From Proteromonas lacertae (taxonomy: Eukaryota), in assembly GCA_002245135.1 (NCBI GenBank), contig NGBS01000602.1, positions 1 to 64,000 of the forward strand: a stretch of DNA of 64,000 nt. The letters are read 5' to 3'. The notes beneath the pieces are model-generated. The model did no database searches and had not been told where the DNA came from. It saw nothing but the letters and a program-made list of their open reading frames with translations. Both the position numbers and the translations under genes were made by a program. Within the stretch, counting starts at the first letter, position 1; each line of letters starts with the position of its first letter. This document shows positions 1 to 10,750 of the stretch, piece by piece.

Positions 1-456
1 TTGTTGTCTTGCCATAGCATTATAATCAGGTCTATTTGAATTAGCATAGATAGCAGAACCAAATAAGTGTTGTCATCAAGTTCTCTATAACTTCTTGCAA
101 TTGGATTTGCCATGCTATTACCTAATCTAAGAGAACTAGCTAGTTTGATCTACTGCATTTGTCTCTCTAATAGTTTCTGTTGAGAAGTGAGATCCATTAT
201 TTTTTCATCAAATTCATCTTTATTTTTGAAATTGCTTTTGTTCATTCATTTACCTAATATATTCTTTATTTCATCCAATTCAGTGTTTCTAGATCCTATT
301 CTTTTACTTAGAACATCATTGTAGTGTCATTATAGAATTTGCTGTAAAGTGATTGATAATATTTGTTATGCCATTAAAGCTATGCTTTCTTCTTTTCTTC
401 TAGAACACCTTTAATCCGCTTCTCTAAGAGCTTTTTTAACTGAGTTTTGTAACCAT
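1..456 (-). pseudogene. Disrupted viral ORF running off the window edge
   Basis: Coding-like segments (MNKSNFKNKDEFDEKIMDLTSQQKLLERQMQ*...) broken by stops and frameshifts; ATG at 456. Confidence 0.45.
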
Positions 457-500
457 TATAAAACAAACAAATATGAAGTGTATAGTTATTATGATAATTA

Positions 501-1078
501 TTACTTAACATAAATAGGCTCGATAGGCTCGCCTTTATTGGTCTTCCCATAATATCATTACTAATGGTTTTGATTCATTCTTCTGGCTCATCTCTTTACT
601 AGCATCTTTTGGTTTACGTTCTTTCTTTATTGATTAGATCCTTTCTCTAATTTCTTCATTAGTCTAGCATTCTTATCTCTTTCTTCTTTTAAAGCAATCT
701 GTAATTCTGCTTTAGTCATTCTGCTTGGTGGTAATGTATCCCACTATCTTTAGATCTCCGTTTACCTTTACCTTTTACTGGATTCTAAAGCATCTTTGTC
801 TTTCTTTGATCTTCTCTTTGTAGTAGGTGATCTTGAACGATGTCTCTTACGTTTGCTGTGTTTTCTATCACTATCATCGTCATCTTCACTTGGAGCATCT
901 TATATACTTTCTTTGGTGAACTCTTCATTAAGAACTGTTTAATCATCTCTTCACTTGGTTCACTAGGATCGATTCTTGAAGTTGATTTCATTTCAGGAAG
1001 TTTGTCTTCTAACTCACTCTCAGTTGATGTGACTGAACTTGTATCACTGGAATAATCATTAGATTCTGATTCACTCAT
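501..1078 (-). pseudogene. Frameshifted viral ORF (Ser/acidic N-terminus, coiled coil)
   Basis: ORF 785..1078 continues in another frame as MTKAELQIALKEERDKNARLMKKLEKG; last stop at 501-503, followed by a TGTTTGTT box at 462-469. Confidence 0.5.
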
Positions 1079-1161
1079 TTATTTCTATGCAAATTTTAAA
1101 AGCCGCCAAAAAACACAAAATTTAATAATAATAATAATATTTATGTAATTATGTCATTTTG

Positions 1162-1478
1162 TTAAGGTAAATTACATACGTCAACTTTTGTTTTTAAGTA
1201 TGCATTTAGTAACGCTTGTTGATTACTACCGCCTCCATTGAATGGCATTCTAGCTCCTCCTCTTCTTCATGTCTTCTTCTACGTCTACCGAATCCCACCT
1301 TTTCTAATGCATCTGCGATATTATCTTTACCAAACTCTCTTGCGATCTTTGAACCTATCTTGTGTTCTCTAGACCAATCGTAAGCTTTCTTTCCCAATTT
1401 AACTTTTCCCCACAATGATTTTAACACCACCTTGTGTCTTCTTCGATGTCTTCTATGTCTTCTACCACCTAAAACCAT
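1162..1478 (-). CDS. Arg-rich viral core protein precursor (pVII/pX-like), one apparent frameshift
   Basis: MVLGG-RRHRRHRRRH...KVGFG-RRRRRH. A 1-nt shift near 1268 restores RRGGARMPFNGGGSNQQ...LP* (stop 1162-1164). Confidence 0.7.
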
Positions 1479-1537
1479 TATGATAATATATTAAAAACCA
1501 ATAAAAAACAAAGAATAAAAAAACAAAAATTAAAGTA

Positions 1538-1979
1538 CTAAAGTACTCTTATCTTATTATCAGGATAACGATTAAGTGCATTATTACCACTATGACTGCT
1601 TTTTCTATGACGACGTCTTCTTGAACCTTTATTTCCTTTATAAATTCCACCAGGTCCTTTAATCCAATGTTTTTGCAGCTATTGAAAGACCGCTACCACT
1701 ATGACTTGCTTTCCATTTCAAGTATGGTTCGAGTGATTTTGGTCCACCCACTAAATCATATTTTGGATTCATCATACCACCTCTTCTACTCTTTCTATGT
1801 CTTCTACGACCATAACCTAATAACTTGGCAATACCACCAGTAAGTTTACCAGCCCATCCTGGAATCATACTTAAACCAGTTGATATTGCTTTAGTTTCTT
1901 TAAGTCCTTTATTTAAATCTCCCCAGAAACCTTTTCCTACAACACACTTGCGATATTTCTTTTTACTTTTCTTAGGCAT
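1538..1979 (-). CDS. Arg/Lys-rich viral core or membrane-lytic precursor, one apparent frameshift
   Basis: VVGKG-FWGDLNKGLK, LTGG, LLGYG-RRRHRKSRRGG, LVGG. A shift in the 5-base run near 1670-1674 restores KHWIKGPGG...SRRRRHRK...VL* (stop 1538-1540). Confidence 0.7.
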
Positions 1980-2045
1980 AATAATATTACAATTAATTAC
2001 TATATTGACATTATTGACATTACATTGACCATAAAATAATAAATT

Positions 2046-2444
2046 ATGTCAGACGGACCTATTCCTCAAAGAACTTTTTCAGGTGGTATAACTACACAGT
2101 TAGATGCTCAACATCCTATATATAAACAGCAGCCTTCTCAGACAGAACAAGAGACCCAAGCTGATCAAGAATTATATTCTACATTGAATAAGTTACCGCC
2201 AGAAGCTAAATCTATGCTAAACAGTATCAATGGTTTTTCATTCCAAGAAGCAATCAATGAAATAGTTAGAATTGTAAATCAAGTAGCAAATGAACCAGAT
2301 CCACAACCAGTTCAGCAACCTCAAGTAGTTCAGCAACCACCACCACCTCCACCACCTCCTACACCTCAAACAAATAACAATAATAATGCTAAACCTGCTT
2401 ATAATCCATATGCTTATAATAACATTGGTCTTATGAATGCTTAA
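2046..2444 (+). CDS. Viral hypothetical protein, Pro/Gln-rich
   Basis: Intact 132-aa ORF, divergent from the core gene. Confidence 0.7.
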   Translation: MSDGPIPQRTFSGGITTQLDAQHPIYKQQPSQTEQETQADQELYSTLNKLPPEAKSMLNSINGFSFQEAINEIVRIVNQVANEPDPQPVQQPQVVQQPPPPPPPPTPQTNNNNNAKPAYNPYAYNNIGLMNA

Positions 2445-2496
2445 CATAATTATTAAAAATATATTCGTTTTATTATTTTAAATTTTGTTTTGTGCT

Positions 2497-3018
2497 ATGA
2501 GCAACTCAAAAACAATTCACATTCTTCAGATTATAGACGATGATGTTAGCGATGCTGAGAAGGAGCAAAAAGAGGAGCAAAAACGAGATGATAAAGAAAG
2601 ATCTGCCAAAAAGAGAAAGAGAGAGTTAGAAGACGTCTACAATTATTTATATGGAGAGGCAGAGTGTACAGATAGTGAGGATGAGGAAGAAGATGATGCT
2701 AATGCTTCTGATGCCGATAGTGAAGGAAACTTGAAAGGCTTTGTTGTAGATAGTGATGATGACGATGAGGACTACACTATGGAAGAAGACGAAACAGATT
2801 TAAGTGATTGGGAAAATGACGAAGACTTAGAAGACATTTTGAATCCGAATGCTAGCTCAGAGATATGTACAACTAAAAGAAAGATTATGACTGCTATATC
2901 AGATTCATTAGACAGTTTAAACCCTAAAAAAAGAAAGCATTTAATCAAGCCTAACAAACAAGCCAACGGAAGCAATTCCTTTGATAATCAAGAGGAAGAA
3001 GTGTTAAGTGATTCTTGA
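2497..3018 (+). CDS. Viral acidic, probably nuclear protein
   Basis: ATG 2497; D/E tracts, DADSEGNLKGFVVDSDD motif, NLS-like KKRKR and PKKRK. Confidence 0.7.
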   Translation: MSNSKTIHILQIIDDDVSDAEKEQKEEQKRDDKERSAKKRKRELEDVYNYLYGEAECTDSEDEEEDDANASDADSEGNLKGFVVDSDDDDEDYTMEEDETDLSDWENDEDLEDILNPNASSEICTTKRKIMTAISDSLDSLNPKKRKHLIKPNKQANGSNSFDNQEEEVLSDS

Positions 3019-3065
3019 GCTAATTAATTAATTAATTCTTTTTTTTTATTTTTTACTTATTGTTT

Positions 3066-3617
3066 ATGAGTAATATACCCATAAAAACAGAATCTATACC
3101 ATTACCTCCACCTCCTGCACCTCCAGCTAGATCACCTATACTTATAATTAGAGACGATCCAGAAAATAAAAGACCTGCTCCTTCAAATGAAGATCCTATA
3201 GATGTTTTAGAAAGCCATGCAGAGAGTAGATTACCAATAGGTATTGAAGGTCCAAGAGTAATTGCTAGTATTGAAGAAATACAATACACATTGGAATTAT
3301 TTAAGTTATCTTTATCGAAATTCAAACCAAGTCTTAGAACATTGAATAGTTTAACAGCAAATCAAGTAGATTCATTATGTAAAGAAATAGATTTAATTAT
3401 AGATCTTACAGAAAATCAATCAGTTCCTTATAGTACAATAGTAGGTGCAATAAGAAGATTACTCATTATGTACAATCAGTATTTTAGAGATAACTGGCAC
3501 TTGGAAGCTAATCAGAAATTGTATTTCAAAGTTTACTTATTTACCCAATTTGAAAAAACATGTTTCAATTTCTATAGTTCTTTAGTTAATATAGTATATG
3601 TAAATGCTTTTAATTAA
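3066..3617 (+). CDS. Viral hypothetical protein
   Basis: ATG 3066; its stop abuts the stop of the convergent ORF at 3618. Confidence 0.7.
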   Translation: MSNIPIKTESIPLPPPPAPPARSPILIIRDDPENKRPAPSNEDPIDVLESHAESRLPIGIEGPRVIASIEEIQYTLELFKLSLSKFKPSLRTLNSLTANQVDSLCKEIDLIIDLTENQSVPYSTIVGAIRRLLIMYNQYFRDNWHLEANQKLYFKVYLFTQFEKTCFNFYSSLVNIVYVNAFN

Positions 3618-4031
3618 TTATTTGGTTTCTTTGATTTTTGTGTAAAGATCTAATTCTTCCAACAACACTTTGATAACTGAACCATACTCGTTAATATGAT
3701 ACTTAGGAGGAGGCATCTCTAAGTTTACTGCATATTGTTTAACCAATTTTACAAACCAATCGAATAGATTCTGAGCTTCAACTACTATTGTGTCTGGAAC
3801 TGGCTTTCTCATCTTATTAGCATACTTATTAATATGTCCTAACAATAATTGAGATACACTATTAAATTTGGTAATGTCTTCATTCTTACATATGATATAG
3901 TTTTGAGCTGCAGTCTTAATTAAACCTAGGATAGTTTCAATAAATGCTCTAAGCACATTGATTTCTTTAACAAATAAATATACTGGTTTCTTAGCTCTCT
4001 GCTCTATTACAAATATACTATCTGAATCCAT
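3618..4031 (-). CDS. Viral hypothetical helical protein
   Basis: Intact 137-aa ORF. Confidence 0.7.
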   Translation of the reverse strand: MDSDSIFVIEQRAKKPVYLFVKEINVLRAFIETILGLIKTAAQNYIICKNEDITKFNSVSQLLLGHINKYANKMRKPVPDTIVVEAQNLFDWFVKLVKQYAVNLEMPPPKYHINEYGSVIKVLLEELDLYTKIKETK

Positions 4032-4180
4032 TTATGTTGAAGAAGGGGGTATGAAAATATTCTATTAAAAAACCGCTAATTAGCATATTCGCGCTTCAAG
4101 CTTCAAACCATAAAATGCATGAAACGGATATAAAATCTTAATTCTAACATTTTATTGGATATCTAATAATCATAATAATC

Positions 4181-4927
<747 letters not shown>

Positions 4928-4970
4928 ACAACAAAATGAAACAAAGAAGATTAATTAAAATTATATTGAA

Positions 4971-5828
4971 TTAAAATCCAGATACTCTTTTTTTATAGGG
5001 TAGTATTATTGATTGAGGCACTAACATACAACTATAATCAAAGGTAGTAGGAAACTTATTTTCTTCAGTGCATAAACTAAGACAATCTTGAGCTCCCCAA
5101 TTAATTAACTCTAGTGTGTGATACTTACCGCTATTCGTTTGAAATACTAAATCTACAGTAAATTTTTCATTATCTTTATCTGGGTTGGGATCTTTACTTA
5201 TATCTAAATGAGGAATTAAGTTATTGATAAATCTTGACATTTCACCATTATCACATTTTGTTGTTAGATCAAAATGTAAAATTGTGCTACTATTTTCCTT
5301 AAATTTGTAATAATTTAATATATCTATTTTCAAGTATTGCTCATAAGCTTCAAATCTTGTATAAATGTATTTTGTTAAGGAAGTAAGTTCACCATTTAAA
5401 TACATGTATAATCTATCATCTATTCTCTTTATTAATTTATTCTCATCATCTCCTTTATGTGCATCATACAATTTCTGTGTAAAATTCCATACAGAGTCAT
5501 TGAGAGTATATGGATCACCTAAATATGTTCCTATATCACTAATTCCACCAGCTGTTGGATCATTTGATATTTTTTCATCGATAATTCTTAACAAATCATA
5601 CATGCTCTCTTCATATTGATCTAATTTCGTTTTACCAATAACATTAACAACACTTTTAATTGATTCAGCATGACTAATAGTTGTTACATCAATATCTTCT
5701 AGCATTTTTCTAATTGTCTTATCACTATCATCTTTCTTACCTAAATTGTTTGTTATCGTTATAATAGACTTAGTTATAGCACCTGTATCTATTGAAACAG
5801 CTTGTTTTTTTAAGGGACCACCAAACAT
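4971..5828 (-). CDS. Viral protein starting MFGG-P (candidate protease-matured virion protein)
   Basis: Likely start is ATG 5828, because the longer ORF overlaps the ATPase. MFGG fits the (M/I/L)xGG adenain consensus. Confidence 0.7.
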   Translation of the reverse strand: MFGGPLKKQAVSIDTGAITKSIITITNNLGKKDDSDKTIRKMLEDIDVTTISHAESIKSVVNVIGKTKLDQYEESMYDLLRIIDEKISNDPTAGGISDIGTYLGDPYTLNDSVWNFTQKLYDAHKGDDENKLIKRIDDRLYMYLNGELTSLTKYIYTRFEAYEQYLKIDILNYYKFKENSSTILHFDLTTKCDNGEMSRFINNLIPHLDISKDPNPDKDNEKFTVDLVFQTNSGKYHTLELINWGAQDCLSLCTEENKFPTTFDYSCMLVPQSIILPYKKRVSGF

Positions 5829-5877
5829 AAAATATAATAAAAGAATGATAAAAATTAAGTTACTAGCATTATGAGGA

Positions 5878-6726
5878 TTATTCTGAATCATCATCAGTAT
5901 CGGACGAATCAGAGGAAGAAGAGGAGGAGGAACTAATGCTGGTATTTTCATTATCACTTTTATAACCATTACTATCGTTTTTAATTTTCATATTAAAGTT
6001 TACACGAAATTCATGATTGCACAAATCGATGTAGAGGAATGAATGATTACTGTAGTTAGTTGCATACTTGTAATATTCTCTAAACTTACTGAAATCTACC
6101 CACAAATCTAAACTATTATGAACACTGTGTAGATTAGCTAAACTTAGATTTCTAAATACTAAGCAATAATCTAATTGTAGACGAACAGATGGTGTTAAAT
6201 CTGTAACATATTGACTTGATATAATTACTTTTGACTTGTAATGACGGTTTGATTTGAGTAGTTTTGAAACGGTCTTATTTGATAAATCGAATGATATATC
6301 ATCGAATATAAAGATATTTTCAGGATAACTATAATTGTCTTTATCAACATCTGTGATATTATTCAATACTGCATCTAATACATTCACTTTATCTTCATTT
6401 ACTATTGAATTGTAACAATGGTATTCTATTAAATTGTACTTCAGCATATCAGTGATCTTTTCATAAATAATATCCTTTGAAATTGTTCCTACAAAGAAAT
6501 ATACAGTTTGATCATAATTCTTCTTTAACAAGTGTTGTATCATGTTAAATATAAGCGTTGTCTTTCCACTGTTCTTCTTAGCTAATATAAATATATTGCA
6601 GAAAGGCTCTTCAAAATAATCATAGCCTAAAACAGTATCTCTTGATCTCTTTTTATTACCTTTGACTACTGATTCTACTGGCGTTATGACAACGTCATTA
6701 CATTTCTCTAGTTTTATTTTACTCAT
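5878..6726 (-). CDS. A32/FtsK-HerA family genome-packaging ATPase
   Basis: Walker A variant FILAKKNSGKTT, Walker B IFIFDD, and the NRHYKSKVIISSQ (Arg finger/Gln sensor) motif typical of Polinton/PLV/NCLDV ATPases. Confidence 0.93.
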   Translation of the reverse strand: MSKIKLEKCNDVVITPVESVVKGNKKRSRDTVLGYDYFEEPFCNIFILAKKNSGKTTLIFNMIQHLLKKNYDQTVYFFVGTISKDIIYEKITDMLKYNLIEYHCYNSIVNEDKVNVLDAVLNNITDVDKDNYSYPENIFIFDDISFDLSNKTVSKLLKSNRHYKSKVIISSQYVTDLTPSVRLQLDYCLVFRNLSLANLHSVHNSLDLWVDFSKFREYYKYATNYSNHSFLYIDLCNHEFRVNFNMKIKNDSNGYKSDNENTSISSSSSSSSDSSDTDDDSE

Positions 6727-6790
6727 TTAAAGAAAAAACAAAAAAACAATTATATAAAGAATATAACCATTATGTTAGTTATTAGTTAGT

Positions 6791-8248
6791 TTAAATAACG
6801 CTTACAATTCCACTTCCATTGATTGTACACATTCTTCCTGTAACTATATAGAAACGATGAGTGATATTAAAGTTAGTGAAATCATTTGTACCAGGAGTAG
6901 ACAACTCAAAAGTGATCTTTAAGTCACTAGCTAATGGTCTTCCTGATTGATTCTTGATATTATCCAAGTCTTTAGATCCAAAATTCAAAATTTCAAAGAA
7001 CTTCTTTTCAAAAGGAATATGTCTTTTGAATATATCAAACCATGAATCTTTGAAATAATCTTGTATAGTCATGTAACTATCATAATACTGCATTAATGAA
7101 TAGTCTGGTTGATACACAAAATCGTTAATCATCCATCTGAATTGTGCATTTTCAGGAATTACTGCATATCTATTTTCTGCTGTGCCACCACTCATATCAT
7201 GTGCTGTTTGATTTCCTTCGATCCATGGTCTATAGATAATGTAACGCAAGAATGGTCCATTTGAACTGTTTAATGTAAAGGAATAGTTAAATTGTCCAGA
7301 TCCACCTTGATTTACTGTTAATGTATGGCACTTTACATCATTGAACTGGATTGGTTTAGATAAACAGTAACTTCTTGTATTGTTATTACATTGAGTATCC
7401 TTATTCAAATAAGTATAGAAATAAAAGTTCTTGAATTTAATTGAATCTGGTCTTATTCCATCTGCAGGCCAGTTTATAGTTGTTTCAACACCTTTATCAT
7501 TATAAAAACCCATAATTTGTCCAAATTTAGGAGTTTGCTGGAAATTGAAACATAAATACATTCTCTCTCCAAAGAATACATCACTTTTCATTGATAAAAA
7601 TGTATTGTAAAATTTACCTAAAAACATCTTTACATGAATAGTATTAGACTTCTTATACTGTTGATATTTATCTGTTGTTCCAGTAGCTGTAACAAATGTA
7701 GCTTCTTCTTTATCCATTTCCCATTCATTTTCATCAAGAATTAAATGATCATGGTATTCATCATTCCATTTTAATTGAATTCCATCATAATAGTTTGATT
7801 GGTAAAAAATGTCTGATCTTTTTCTCACTAATTCATCCATAAACACTCTATAGTGTTCATAATTGTCATCAAGCTTTACTAGATCTGTTCCTGTATTATT
7901 ACATAAACGAAATGCTGCTAATCCAAATCCTTCTTTCATTCCTTTTATATACTTTGGATATAACTCACCACTAGCTGCTACTTTACCACAACCATCAATT
8001 TTTGCAAATGCATTTGCAGCAGCAAGTGGATGAGTTTCAATTTCGATATCATATTGAATGTAAGACTTTGCAAGGTTTATAATGTTCTCACCACTTAATT
8101 CGAACCTTATTTCATCTGAATAAGTATTATCTTTAAGTTGATAGAATGATTTTGTTTCCATTGGTGTCAACTTGACATACTGATAAAAGGCCATCATTGC
8201 TGGAACGTCTACACCGTGTTTTTGCTCTTTTGGGATAGTTAGAGACAT
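6791..8248 (-). CDS. Major capsid protein (double jelly-roll, Polinton/PLV type)
   Basis: ~485 aa from ATG 8248. N-terminal EIRFELSGENIINLAKSYIQYDIEI pattern, beta-rich, located between the penton and ATPase genes. Confidence 0.82.
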   Translation of the reverse strand: MSLTIPKEQKHGVDVPAMMAFYQYVKLTPMETKSFYQLKDNTYSDEIRFELSGENIINLAKSYIQYDIEIETHPLAAANAFAKIDGCGKVAASGELYPKYIKGMKEGFGLAAFRLCNNTGTDLVKLDDNYEHYRVFMDELVRKRSDIFYQSNYYDGIQLKWNDEYHDHLILDENEWEMDKEEATFVTATGTTDKYQQYKKSNTIHVKMFLGKFYNTFLSMKSDVFFGERMYLCFNFQQTPKFGQIMGFYNDKGVETTINWPADGIRPDSIKFKNFYFYTYLNKDTQCNNNTRSYCLSKPIQFNDVKCHTLTVNQGGSGQFNYSFTLNSSNGPFLRYIIYRPWIEGNQTAHDMSGGTAENRYAVIPENAQFRWMINDFVYQPDYSLMQYYDSYMTIQDYFKDSWFDIFKRHIPFEKKFFEILNFGSKDLDNIKNQSGRPLASDLKITFELSTPGTNDFTNFNITHRFYIVTGRMCTINGSGIVSVI

Positions 8249-8279
8249 CAGAAACTCAAAATAAAAAATAAAATAAAAA

Positions 8280-9245
8280 TTAGACTTTAAATACGACAAT
8301 ATCTAAATTAAACTCGATATTATCAAGATTGAGTTCATAACCATTTTGTTGAGTAATCTGAATAGTAATTTGACCATTGGTATAAGTATTATTGAACATT
8401 TTGCTAGTATTAAGAATGTCATTGTTCTGGTATGTAATGAATGGTAACTCAGGGTTTGCTATTGGTATATTTTCTAACACATTTGAATCTTGAATAATGT
8501 TTACAATATCTAAACGAATGGATATTGAATTAACCCATATAAGTGATGGACGATATGGTAATTGAGTAAATGGGAAATCTACTGAAAATGCAGCTATAGC
8601 TTTTTCTGTTCCTTGAGGTCCTGGAACAAATTTATCATAACATAACCAATAGTTATTATTTGGAATACCTAATATCTTGTAGGCTAAATCTTTTGTTACT
8701 ATTTCTATTTCTGTAATCCAGAAAATAGGTTTTGTTAAACTATATAATGCATTCATTTTACTTGCAATTTTTAAATGTCTGGTATGTTCATCATCTTTAT
8801 CATCTAGCTTAAATAAATCACCATTACCTTCTATTACAGGTGTATATAGCATATCCTTAACTATAAACAAATCATCATCAGGAATTTCAAAATCTAAATA
8901 TTTTATTGAACGTATTCCATCATTGATTAACTTAATAATCTGATTCTCATCATAAAAACCTTCAGGAATTTGTACTGATACACATACTGTGGGTTTTTCT
9001 GGCGCTGCGCCATCTTCTTTATCATAATCACATGTAAATAAGAACTGAAACGTATCGTTTGTCTCTGCTTGTATAGTAGGGAAAGAATTAGGGACAACTG
9101 CGTGTAATAACGACACATGAGTATAATCTTGATCAAATGATGGTAAGGCTAAGGTCTTTTTGTATCTATTCCCTACTCCGAATGTCCCTGTAGTCATTAC
9201 CATATCAGAATTTAAATAGTATACACGGTGATTAGAGACTAACAT
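8280..9245 (-). CDS. Minor capsid protein (penton, single jelly-roll with insertion)
   Basis: ATG 9245. YYLNS...VSLLHAVVPNSFPTI at the N-terminus and ITIQITQQNGYELNLDNIEFNLDIVVF at the C-terminus match the PLV/virophage minor capsid pattern. Confidence 0.85.
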   Translation of the reverse strand: MLVSNHRVYYLNSDMVMTTGTFGVGNRYKKTLALPSFDQDYTHVSLLHAVVPNSFPTIQAETNDTFQFLFTCDYDKEDGAAPEKPTVCVSVQIPEGFYDENQIIKLINDGIRSIKYLDFEIPDDDLFIVKDMLYTPVIEGNGDLFKLDDKDDEHTRHLKIASKMNALYSLTKPIFWITEIEIVTKDLAYKILGIPNNNYWLCYDKFVPGPQGTEKAIAAFSVDFPFTQLPYRPSLIWVNSISIRLDIVNIIQDSNVLENIPIANPELPFITYQNNDILNTSKMFNNTYTNGQITIQITQQNGYELNLDNIEFNLDIVVFKV

Positions 9246-9308
9246 TTTGATAAAAAATAATAATGTCAATATTGGTAATATTAGTAATATTGACACTATT
9301 TTTATTTT

Positions 9309-9932
9309 ATGGAAGATAATAAAAAACCTAAACATAGAACAGTTCCATTCAAATTAACAGAATTAGACAAACAAGTAATCATCAGAAGCTTCAGAAAAGA
9401 CGGTAAAATCAGAGCTCCCACAAAATCGAAATTATATCATTTAATTTCAGGATCAAAATCAAGACTTACATACTCAGAGATAAGATATATATTGAAATAC
9501 ATCGAAGATGAGTACAAATATTACATAGAATCAAAGTTTAAGACAGGTTGTTTTAATGGACCAATCATTGAACAAGTAAAAGTACCTCTTAACGCGCCAA
9601 AACTAACCGCTTCAAGCTTCGCTCAAGCCTTAAGTAAACACAAAGAACACAGAATTGCAGGTCAAAAGAAGACAAGAATGATGTTAGAGCAGATTTTAGC
9701 ATTACATAAGAAGGAAGAAGAGGATGTTTTACCTCCACAAGAGATAATTGACATAAAAGATGACGAAATTAAGGTAAAAGAAGAGGTAAATTACGTAAAA
9801 CCTGTCACAAAATCGAATGTAAACAGTTTAAGTGGTTTAGAAGACTTGTCTCCTGTTAACTCAGTTCCTAGTTTAAGTCCAAAATCAATAACAGATAAAA
9901 GCATTATAAGACCTAATTGTATTATTTTTTAA
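9309..9932 (+). CDS. Viral basic hypothetical protein
   Basis: Intact 207-aa ORF, divergent from the penton gene. Confidence 0.7.
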   Translation: MEDNKKPKHRTVPFKLTELDKQVIIRSFRKDGKIRAPTKSKLYHLISGSKSRLTYSEIRYILKYIEDEYKYYIESKFKTGCFNGPIIEQVKVPLNAPKLTASSFAQALSKHKEHRIAGQKKTRMMLEQILALHKKEEEDVLPPQEIIDIKDDEIKVKEEVNYVKPVTKSNVNSLSGLEDLSPVNSVPSLSPKSITDKSIIRPNCIIF

Positions 9933-9978
9933 TTTTTTTGTTAATTGATTTAAAATTTTTCTTATAGGGAACGATATA

Positions 9979-10200
9979 ATGACAATTTTACTCTCTGTAT
10001 TAGTATTTATACTCTATATGCTCGCTCTGGCACTGTACAAATACTTCAAAGCACACAATTGTATTCCAAATGAGGTAGATATCGCAGACATTCGTTCAAA
10101 TATGACCGATATGATGGAGAAAGGCTTGCAGCATGACAAGACATTGGAAGATATAAAGACATATATAGACATTGTGAATAAAAGAAAGCACACAGTTTAA
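9979..10200 (+). CDS. Small viral membrane protein
   Basis: N-terminal hydrophobic helix followed by a short coiled coil. Confidence 0.65.
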   Translation: MTILLSVLVFILYMLALALYKYFKAHNCIPNEVDIADIRSNMTDMMEKGLQHDKTLEDIKTYIDIVNKRKHTV

Positions 10201-10251
10201 ATAATTTGTAACGAATTAATTTTTTATTATATAATAAACGGCTATTTTTTT

Positions 10252-10321
10252 AGGGAAAGTGAAACGACTCATTATTTAGGGAAAGTAAAACGAGTATTTT
10301 TTCAGGGAAAGTAAAACGACT
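10252..10321 (+). repeat. Three direct repeats AGGGAAAGTRAAACGAST, 26-bp period
   Basis: Copies start at 10252, 10278 and 10304. Confidence 0.9.
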
Positions 10322-10750
10322 ATTTTTTCTTTAAAGAAAATAAAACTCATTATTGAGATTCGAACGCGTTTTCATCATTTAAATAGCAACGGTTAAACCG
10401 TCACACTAAATAATTGCCAAAAATAAAGTATAAGTGACGATTCATTTTGTACAATGTCGATTGAAGAATAATTCTCAATCGTTGTGCCAAAAATAGAATA
10501 TGAAGAAATTTCTGAGAAAATTCAAATCAATTTTGACGAGGTTTGACTTGAACGGTCGGTTTGTGCATCAAACTTCAATTTAATTTGAAAAACAAGAAAT
10601 TGGCTTGCAAATTCATTTTGAAAATAATTATTTGGCTTGTCCGAAATGAAATTGAAGAACCGTTTCAGAATTATTGTGTTTCGTCATTTTTGAAAATGAT
10701 GAAACGGCATTTTAGGCAAATTTAAAAATTTGAATTTTTGAATTTTTAAA

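Noticed and set aside
5829..9335. Longer overlapping starts at 5969, 8299 and 9335
   Set aside because: The extensions cross AT-rich intergenic DNA or neighbouring genes; downstream ATGs at 5828, 8248 and 9245 fit better.
10252..10321. CRISPR-like array
   Set aside because: Only three units with ~8-bp spacers, eukaryotic context and no cas genes.
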